Shown here: positions 19,283 through 26,619 of the stretch, piece after piece
How positions within the stretch are numbered: the stretch's first letter is position 1
How the letters are laid out: every line of letters starts with the position of its first letter
Source: Acinetobacter phage Ab15
Direction: 5' to 3' (one strand)
Sequence record: PP763259.1
DNA length: 64,000 bases
Notes under the pieces: model-generated
Told to the model about the DNA's origin: nothing
Databases searched by the model: none
The model's input: the letters and a program-made list of their open reading frames with translations, nothing else
Translations under genes and position numbers: made by a program

Positions 19283-19789
19283 TTACTTACTTCCTTGTAA
19301 TCCTTTATTCTCTTCTGAATCTTCCATGATCAGCTTCAAGAGTTCTTCTTGTTCCTCTTGTTCTTTCTTCCTCATATTATTCCAAGCTTCTACAAACATA
19401 GCCTCAGACCAGTTACTTTCATACTCTCGGTTTTGACCCTTAGTGAAGAAATCTGGCATCTGGTAACCGTATGTATTTAAGTTAAACATCTTAGCCACTT
19501 TAGAATCCTTCTGAGTAACTTGAAACTCTTTAGGGATTTTATCTACAGGAACCTGCAAACGAGTCAAGAAAGTAAAGATTCGGAAGCGCACAAAATCAAT
19601 GTACTCGGCTGTTGTATACCCATTAAGTGAACCTGAAGGGATTGCCATATCAATGATTCGCTTCTCATGCTCTAACACGTAGTGGCAAGCTTGTAGTAAC
19701 TTTCCAAACATTTCTTCATGCTCATGTAGAGGTTTCCCTACTTCATGGAAATAGGTGTTAAAATGTTCTGCGGCGTAAATTCCATGCAA
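19283..19789 (-). CDS. nrdB: ribonucleotide reductase beta subunit, exon 2
   Basis: Begins LHGIYAAEHF..., which completes the DEDLH iron-ligand motif. Downstream EYIDFVRFRIF matches the R2 QYIEFVADRL region. Confidence 0.6.
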   Translation of the reverse strand: MHGIYAAEHFNTYFHEVGKPLHEHEEMFGKLLQACHYVLEHEKRIIDMAIPSGSLNGYTTAEYIDFVRFRIFTFLTRLQVPVDKIPKEFQVTQKDSKVAKMFNLNTYGYQMPDFFTKGQNREYESNWSEAMFVEAWNNMRKKEQEEQEELLKLIMEDSEENKGLQGSK

Positions 19790-20237
19790 CATGGGTTGTT
19801 CAGGTGTGCTCGTTACACACACCCCGTAGAGTACTTCACCACTCAAGTACTCACAGCTTACACTTTCATGTAAGATCAGACTATATCATCACCACAAGGT
19901 TTTACTTGTTGTGGTGCTTCCCACTTCGGTCTTACTTAAGACCTACTCCCCGAAGGGATAGTCGTTGAGGATTCTAAACCTAATTCCAACCACAAAGCTT
20001 TCCAACGTTTTTTATGCCTAATTAACGAAACATATCTAATGTATCCAGAAAATTTTGGATGTTTAAATTTTTCCATAATTACCTCCATAATAAGAGGTTG
20101 GAATTAGGTTTAGCTTTCCTGCTGATTGCCCAATACTTTAGATTTTTACTCAGTGTTTAAATTTTTCAACACTTCAGTACTAAAGTCTCTAAGGGGTTTC
20201 CAGCATTTCAAGAAGTTTATTGAGGACTTGCAAATTA
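19790..20237 (-). mobile_element. group I self-splicing intron (ORF-less) in nrdB
   Basis: P1 pairs exon GAGGAU with IGS GUCCUC and has U.G at the splice site. P10 pairs UGCAA with exon-2 UUGCA. P7 pairs GACUAU with AUAGUC. The intron ends in G. The spliced frame reads DEDLH. Confidence 0.65.
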
Positions 20238-21002
20238 ATCCTCATCTAGTGCACTCTGGTTAGCAATTTGGGCAATAACTTTAATTAAGTTAAAACCATT
20301 TGTCTGGAAGCTCTTAAGGATAGCAAAACTAGAGAACAACAAAGCTGTCTCTGTTAAAGAGAAGCACAAGCATGCAAGCATCTTGTTTTCATCTCGCATT
20401 AAACCATCTAACCATTCCATACGTTCATTGAGTACAGGGTCATCAATGTATGATGTGTAGTAATCATCAGTATCTAGTCCAAGTACAATGTTAATCTCAT
20501 TGTACGTTCGTGCATGGACCATCAACTCAATCATTGCTAAAGCAGAAGCACCAGCACGGGATTCATGTCGAGGGAATACTTTAATGAATAATCCATTCCA
20601 GAATTCATCACCAACAATTAATTCATACTGTAAGAATAAGTGTAGAACTGTTTTTACTGCATGTAGTTGCTCTTTAGTTAGCACATACTCAAGTTCCATC
20701 TGGTCATTCTTGACTTCCATTTCACTCTTAAACCACATCTGCTCTTCAAGCTGCTGGTCAGCAATCTCAAGAATCTTTGGGTACTTAATCTCATAGCCAC
20801 TATTGGGTGATGTAATACGGGTTTGCACTAATCCAGTTTTCTCTGAATTTAATGTTTTGTTTATTGTCACATAAACGAATTTCCCTTCAGGGTTTTTCTC
20901 ATCCTTGACATTGATGATAACCTTTCCAGCCGGTGGTGGTAAAAATCTAATCTTCTCAACCTGACCTTCGGTTAAATCCACCTCAATATTAATTTTAGAC
21001 AT
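20238..21002 (-). CDS. nrdB: ribonucleotide reductase beta subunit, exon 1
   Basis: The R2-like N-terminal 255 aa (FSLTETALLFSSFAIL) correspond to the E204 helix. The ORF-track stop TAA at 20235-20237 lies inside the intron. Confidence 0.65.
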
Positions 21003-21081
21003 CTTAACTCCTTTTAATTTTTAAAATTATAAATCATAAACTCCATGTAAAAGTAAGGCCACTCAATGGTGGCCTCTTCTG

Positions 21082-21558
21082 TTATTTACGTTTAATTCTT
21101 GCACTGGTAATTCGAGGTTTATCTGAAGAGCGATGATACTCAATTTCAAAACCCAACTCATTTAAGATGTCTGAAAATTCACGAGAGGTTAAATTGGAGT
21201 CAAACAATGGTACATCCTCACCATAATTCTTGACAACTTTAATACCTTGAATTTCCTTACGAGATACCTTTTCCAAGATTTCTTCACAAAATAACTTAGC
21301 GAATAAGTCACACAGTGTTTGTACTGCTGGTCGTTTCTCTGGGGTTCGAAAACCGTTCTGGTCCTCTAATGAGTGCCAACCCCACCAACGACCTTCACCA
21401 ATATCTGTTTGTGCGAATAAACTTCGAGTATTTCTTTTGTGATCCTGATAATGCCCAAGTCGCACAATAAAGTTATCTAGAGTATTCCCTGTCATGTCTA
21501 CATAATTAGGACGTTTGGTAGGGTCTTTCTCTTGGACTTGGTTTACTGTTTCAATCAT
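21082..21558 (-). CDS. hypothetical protein, first gene of the reverse block
   Basis: 158 aa with RBS AAGGAG upstream of the ATG at 21558. Confidence 0.45.
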   Translation of the reverse strand: MIETVNQVQEKDPTKRPNYVDMTGNTLDNFIVRLGHYQDHKRNTRSLFAQTDIGEGRWWGWHSLEDQNGFRTPEKRPAVQTLCDLFAKLFCEEILEKVSRKEIQGIKVVKNYGEDVPLFDSNLTSREFSDILNELGFEIEYHRSSDKPRITSARIKRK

Positions 21559-21983
21559 ATAGTCTCCTTATGAATTGTTTACATAATATGTAGGGATGTT
21601 ATCTGGCACCTCTACAAGTTGAAGGTATTGTAGTATGAATTAAATTTATAAAACACCCCACACCTTTAGAAATTCTTAAAAGTTTACCTTGTTTGGTTGT
21701 TTGTTAAACACAACACAAAATAAAGGTAGAACCTAGAGGTTATCTTTAAATTTGTCACTAGGGGAAATCCTTCAGGGAATAAAAAAGGGCACCACCTTGA
21801 AGTAGTGCCCTAAAAAGTACCCTAGGGAATATTAATATATTAACCCCTGAGGAAAATTTTTTAAGTATCCTCTTATATTTATAGTACCCCAAAAAGTCAT
21901 TTTGTCAAGCTAAAACCATGCCAATTAATCATTGGAAATTTCGATTAAAAATTAAATATTAGTAAATTCTGTAAAAAATACAT

Positions 21984-22066
21984 CAGACCGATTTGATCAA
22001 ATGCATTTTTTAAAAGTGAAAATAACCAGTTCAAAATGGTTTTAACCAGACCGATTTGATCAAATG
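21984..22066. repeat. two exact 20-bp direct repeats CAGACCGATTTGATCAAATG, each containing the 12-bp palindrome ATTTGATCAAAT (with GATC)
   Basis: Copies at 21984-22003 and 22047-22066. Confidence 0.7.
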
Positions 22067-22112
22067 TTCTAATAAGGTAATAAATAGGGTTTTAAATATG
22101 TTTCTTTTTAAG

Positions 22113-22139
22113 TTGACAGAGAAAAAATTTTTTTATAAA
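22113..22139 (+). promoter_or_regulatory. sigma70-like promoter
   Basis: TTGACA at 22113-22118 and TATAAA at 22134-22139, in an AT-rich context upstream of the 22189 gene. Confidence 0.4.
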
Positions 22140-22188
22140 GTTATCCACATCCAAAGATGGTTGATTGGTATAAGTAAGGAGAATTTTT

Positions 22189-22905
22189 ATGTTTAAAGGT
22201 TTTTTAACAGATGTAGCAAAAGAAGCTGGTGTTGGTCCTGCAATTCTTTTAAATCAGTTGCACCAATGGGTTAAGTCTACTGGAAACCAGAAGATTTACC
22301 GTTCTAATGCTCAATTATCTGAAGACCTTGATGGAGTTCTTTCAGTAGCAGCTATTCAACGTCATAAGGTAAAACTGATTGAATGTGGATACATTATCGT
22401 TTCTCACGATAAAGGAACTATTCGTACTACTACTTACCAATTAACTGAGAAAGCTTTGAAATCTTTAGGTGCTTTCTTTGACAAAGCTAAAGACAAAGTT
22501 AAACAAGCCTTCCAACCTAAAAAACCTAAACAACAAGTTCCAGCACAACCTAAAGAGGAACCAGTAAAGCAAAGCACTGAGAAACCAACCTCTATGGAAG
22601 AAGAGTTTAAGAAAGCTGGTCAAGAACGTAAGGACCTCCCTAGAGGTTGCCCTAAAGAACTTCTTAAAGGTATCTTTATGAGTGCTAAGAAAGAAGAGGA
22701 AAAACAAGAAGATGTTGTTTATGAGGACAATTCTGAAGAGTTATTTGGAAAGAAATTCGAAAGTGAAGACTTGAGTGATGAAGAAATCTTTGATAAAATG
22801 AGTAAAACTCTTGGTGGTTTATTTAAGACTATCCCTAATGTGGATAAAAGAAATTCAAACCTTCAATCTATGACTAACTTTGGTAACTTTCGAGAAGAGT
22901 ACTAA
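22189..22905 (+). CDS. hypothetical early protein with a central basic/acidic low-complexity region
   Basis: 238 aa. RBS AAGGAG. First gene of the forward early block. Confidence 0.5.
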   Translation: MFKGFLTDVAKEAGVGPAILLNQLHQWVKSTGNQKIYRSNAQLSEDLDGVLSVAAIQRHKVKLIECGYIIVSHDKGTIRTTTYQLTEKALKSLGAFFDKAKDKVKQAFQPKKPKQQVPAQPKEEPVKQSTEKPTSMEEEFKKAGQERKDLPRGCPKELLKGIFMSAKKEEEKQEDVVYEDNSEELFGKKFESEDLSDEEIFDKMSKTLGGLFKTIPNVDKRNSNLQSMTNFGNFREEY

Positions 22906-22937
22906 GGCTTATTGATTAATAATCGGAGAAATCGATA

Positions 22938-23561
22938 ATGACTAAACATAAAATCGGAAAACCTGATTTCTGTCAGAATTATCCTGAATTAAATAAAGCT
23001 TTTGAGGAAGAGCTTCAGAGTCTATGCCGTGAAGAAGACGAACAGACTGTGAACATTAGGAAAGCTTTCGAAAATTTCAAACAATTCCTAACACAAGCTA
23101 TTTATGGGACCACTGAGTGTGTAGACCCTAGAGTTCGTGTGTTGGCACAGGCTGGATATGGTTTTGGTACTAAGAATTGGCGTTTTTATTATGAAGATAT
23201 TTTAGAAAATGCTCTTGAGTATGCCCGTGAAAAACTGAGTGCTGATGAGTATGAAGATGTTCGTGCAATGAAGGAAACTTTCTTAGGTGAGGACTTGATA
23301 GAGCAGCACTGTCAAGATATGCTAAGAGAATTTTACGGATATGATTACAAAGTTTATTGTTCAGAGTTTTACCGCTACTTTATACGAGATATGAGTTTAG
23401 TTGAAGAGGCTTATTTCTTTACTTTTGCAAATGTTGCTGGTTGGGGTGTTTGGTTTATTGTTAAATTACTTATTGGTATTCCTTGGGCAATTCTAGTTTT
23501 TGTACTTTATGTAGTTTTTGGAGGCTTGGAAAGGATTTATAATATTCTTTTTAAAAAGTAG
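22938..23561 (+). CDS. hypothetical protein with two C-terminal TM helices
   Basis: 207 aa. The C-terminal stretch WGVWFIVKLLIGIPWAILVFVLYVVFGG is hydrophobic. Confidence 0.5.
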   Translation: MTKHKIGKPDFCQNYPELNKAFEEELQSLCREEDEQTVNIRKAFENFKQFLTQAIYGTTECVDPRVRVLAQAGYGFGTKNWRFYYEDILENALEYAREKLSADEYEDVRAMKETFLGEDLIEQHCQDMLREFYGYDYKVYCSEFYRYFIRDMSLVEEAYFFTFANVAGWGVWFIVKLLIGIPWAILVFVLYVVFGGLERIYNILFKK

Positions 23562-23590
23562 TTGACATTATTTTCTACCTGATCTAATAT
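23562..23590 (+). promoter_or_regulatory. early promoter AAAGTAGTTGACA-N17-TAATAT
   Basis: TTGACA at 23562-23567, a 17-nt spacer, and TAATAT at 23585-23590. Confidence 0.55.
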
Positions 23591-23658
23591 ACACACATCA
23601 GGTAGAAGGTATAGATACCTAAAAATTAATAAACGAGATATCCTAAGAGGAAACTTAA

Positions 23659-24150
23659 ATGAAAGCGATTGTTAGTTCATCTTTAAAGGCACAAGAAGTT
23701 CGCTCTAAGCGTGAAAACTTGGAGTTTAAATCAAATGGGACTACGTTGTATCGTTCACTTGAAAAAATGTTCAAGATTCGTGATGCACTTGCTGATGCTA
23801 AAGCAACTATTGCTGAAGTAACTGGTGAGAAATACATGATCGTTACAGCCGATGAAGCGATCAGTATTTATGAAAATAACAAATCATCATTTACAAGTTT
23901 TACTTTTGTAAAGATTTCTGATTGCACATTACGTACAATTTCTACTCGACAAACTGATATTGGTGTGTCTGGCACTGCTCGTCCAAGTAAAAACAAAGAT
24001 CAATATAATGTCTTTGATACTAACTTGGCTAAGAAAATGATCAAAGAAGGTCGTAAAGAAGAAGTTGAAAGTGGTGGTGCATGGCGTTCATTTAACAAGA
24101 AATCACTTGTTAGTATGCGACACAATGGTATAACTTATTTGATTGCATAA
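23659..24150 (+). CDS. hypothetical protein
   Basis: 163 aa with RBS AGAGGAAAC. Confidence 0.5.
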   Translation: MKAIVSSSLKAQEVRSKRENLEFKSNGTTLYRSLEKMFKIRDALADAKATIAEVTGEKYMIVTADEAISIYENNKSSFTSFTFVKISDCTLRTISTRQTDIGVSGTARPSKNKDQYNVFDTNLAKKMIKEGRKEEVESGGAWRSFNKKSLVSMRHNGITYLIA

Positions 24151-24229
24151 GTTAAAGAATCAATTAAAACTTAGAAATTAATTTAACAAGAGTCATCCAA
24201 AAGGTGCTCTTGTTTTTCGTCTTTATAAA

Positions 24230-24529
24230 ATGGAGAAAAAGATGGTATTTGAAATTGGAATTCTTAGAGAAGCTTTGCAAGGTATCAGGAAGGCAAAAAT
24301 GAAAGTGAGACTTGATCCGTATATTAGCGAGGAAGAGTGCATCGAAATTCTTGAGGAACTTAATCTTGCAGAGATGGTGCACATGTCTCTCATTGCAACA
24401 ATGCATGAGCAGCAACAAGTTGTGTCTGGAAAAGGAATTATAAAAGGGACTAAGACACCAAAAGAAATTTTAGATCAACTTCGAGAGAAATCACCAGAGG
24501 ATTCTAAAGTAATTTTACCAGATAATTAA
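24230..24529 (+). CDS. hypothetical protein
   Basis: 99 aa ORF immediately upstream of the primase-helicase. Confidence 0.4.
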   Translation: MEKKMVFEIGILREALQGIRKAKMKVRLDPYISEEECIEILEELNLAEMVHMSLIATMHEQQQVVSGKGIIKGTKTPKEILDQLREKSPEDSKVILPDN

Positions 24530-24542
24530 AAGGAGGAAAACT

Positions 24543-26579
24543 GTGCAATATGAAGGATTCAAAATAAAAGGTGGAACTTACCAAAATTTTGATGTGAGTG
24601 ATTTAGATTTTAGCCATGAACACAAAACAACCTGCCCTAAATGTAAATCTAAAGGTAAGGACCGTTCTGGGAATAACTTTCATATTTACTCTCCAGATGA
24701 ATTAGGTAGACCGAGTGGTGGTAAGTGTTGGGCTGCTGGTTGTGGATTTCGTATCTTAAGCGCTGAAATTATCGGTGAGCTAGAGGCTACAGGAAATGGT
24801 CATGGTAAATATGAGTTAACAGAAGAGGAAAAAGCTGAATTAAAGACACAACAGCTTTTAAGGAAATCTCAAAGGAATAAGGAGAAGGCATTGGAAAAGG
24901 CATTATCTAGGGAAGATTTTTTGTCGATTTGGCAAAGCACTGGATCTGACCCTAAAGGTTGGAGAGGTTTGACAAAAGAAACCTGTGATGATTTAAAAAT
25001 CCGATTCCGATATAATGAGGATGATGGTAAGCCAAACTCAATGTTGGTCCCAACCTTTATGCCTATGGAGGATGGCGCTAAGGCTGTACCAGTGGGTTAT
25101 AAGATTCGAGTATTCCCTAAAGACTTCTCTCATTCAGTTGGTGCTTTTGGTAAAGCTACTGATTTGATTGGTATGGCAAAATTCCACAGCCATAACAAAA
25201 CTTTAGTGATTACTGCTGGTGAAGTTGACTGGGCTTCAGCTTATCAGATGTACAAGGCTAAGAAACCTGAACGTTATATTCCAGCTATTGCAACCTCACC
25301 ACTGGGTGAAGAGGGAACCTTACAGCACTTCTTGGAGAACCCTAGAAACTATGAGTTCTTCATGCAGTTTGATAAGGTTATCTTGTGCTTAGACTCTGAT
25401 GATGCTGGCTTAAAGGCTATGGAATCATTTGCCGAGAAGATGCCTAGAGAGAAGCTTTGGAAGGTTCAACTACGTTACAAAGATGTAAATGAGTATCTTG
25501 TACAAGGTAAGTATCAAGAGTTTGTCGATGATGTTGAGTTTAAGGCCAAACCATGTCATGATTCCTTGATCATTGGTTCTGGTGGTTGGCAAGTTGCCAT
25601 TAAGCGTGAAATTAGTGTGGAGAAGTTGCAATTACCTCCAATGTTGTGTAGACTAGAGAAATCTATAAAAGGTGGTTTCCCAATGGGTCGTATTGTAACC
25701 ATTGGTGCAGCAAGTTCTGCTGGTAAAACCACCTTAGTAAACTCGATGATTTATTACTGGTTGGGTTTAAGAACACATAAAATCGGTATTGTATCTTTGG
25801 AGTTAACCTTTGGTCAATACTGTATGGATATGCTGTCACGACATGTTGGTAGAAAAATTGATGCATTTGAGACAGTTAAGGAACAACAAGATTTCTTAAA
25901 TCGTCCAGATGTGATTGATGCTGCAAATGATTTCTTCTACAATGAAGATGGAAGTGATAGATTCTGGGTGGTTGATAACCGAGATTCAAACATTGCAGAG
26001 ATTCAACGTCTGTGTGAACAGATGGTTATCCAACATGGAATTAATGTTCTTATCTTAGACCCAGTTTCAGACTTAACACAAAAACTTGATAAAGAAAAAC
26101 AAGTTGAGTTTGCTTCTTGGCAAAAGAGTTTTGTTAAGAAACATAATGTCTTGATGATTCAAATTTCACACGTTCGTAAAACAGGAAATGGTCAAAAGAG
26201 TTATGCTGAAGGTGCTGTACCTACAGAAGATGACTTGATTGGATCATATGCTGTTGGTTCATCTAGTGCGTGTACCATTATGCTTGCACGTAATAAGATG
26301 AGTGATAACCCACGTGTACGTAATACCACAGGTGTTTATGTTCCAAAGTGTCGTTGGAGTCCAGTTACAGGTCACTTGGATGATATTTACTACGATCTAG
26401 AGACACACCGATTGCACAATCTAGAGCAATGGGATTTGGGTATTGTCGATACTGGACAGAAGCTCTTGTTAGATGAAGACCTAGATACAAAAGGTGATGA
26501 TCAAGATCATGTTTGTGCTGATGAGCAGGAATCTGTGTATGCATCATCAAGTGATGTAACTCAATTGTTTAGTGAGTAA
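24543..26579 (+). CDS. DNA primase-helicase (T7 gp4-like)
   Basis: GTG start after AAGGAGG. Zinc ribbon CPKC...CWAAGC. TOPRIM motifs (ITAGEVDW and LCLDSDDAG). Walker A GAASSAGKT and Walker B VLILDP. Confidence 0.85.
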   Translation: MQYEGFKIKGGTYQNFDVSDLDFSHEHKTTCPKCKSKGKDRSGNNFHIYSPDELGRPSGGKCWAAGCGFRILSAEIIGELEATGNGHGKYELTEEEKAELKTQQLLRKSQRNKEKALEKALSREDFLSIWQSTGSDPKGWRGLTKETCDDLKIRFRYNEDDGKPNSMLVPTFMPMEDGAKAVPVGYKIRVFPKDFSHSVGAFGKATDLIGMAKFHSHNKTLVITAGEVDWASAYQMYKAKKPERYIPAIATSPLGEEGTLQHFLENPRNYEFFMQFDKVILCLDSDDAGLKAMESFAEKMPREKLWKVQLRYKDVNEYLVQGKYQEFVDDVEFKAKPCHDSLIIGSGGWQVAIKREISVEKLQLPPMLCRLEKSIKGGFPMGRIVTIGAASSAGKTTLVNSMIYYWLGLRTHKIGIVSLELTFGQYCMDMLSRHVGRKIDAFETVKEQQDFLNRPDVIDAANDFFYNEDGSDRFWVVDNRDSNIAEIQRLCEQMVIQHGINVLILDPVSDLTQKLDKEKQVEFASWQKSFVKKHNVLMIQISHVRKTGNGQKSYAEGAVPTEDDLIGSYAVGSSSACTIMLARNKMSDNPRVRNTTGVYVPKCRWSPVTGHLDDIYYDLETHRLHNLEQWDLGIVDTGQKLLLDEDLDTKGDDQDHVCADEQESVYASSSDVTQLFSE

Positions 26580-26619
26580 TTGAATGCATATCTATTAAAG
26601 AATTAATTAGGAGGTAATT

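Larger units (their letters stand above)
21560..22188. promoter_or_regulatory. divergent AT-rich control region between the reverse RNR block and the forward early genes
   Basis: 630 nt with no ORF. It contains direct repeats, palindromes and promoter-like hexamers. Confidence 0.55.

Noticed and set aside
20238-21002. Unusual spacing E-L-M-V-H in nrdB exon 1, where class I R2 usually has ExxH
   Set aside because: This could reflect a variant metal site, but a single-residue register shift cannot be judged without a real alignment. It is not reported as a finding.
22141-22149. Perfect DnaA box TTATCCACA upstream of the first early gene
   Set aside because: It is a single 9-mer, and about 0.5 chance occurrences are expected in 64 kb on both strands. 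I mentioned it only inside the control-region finding, not as evidence for a DnaA-dependent origin.
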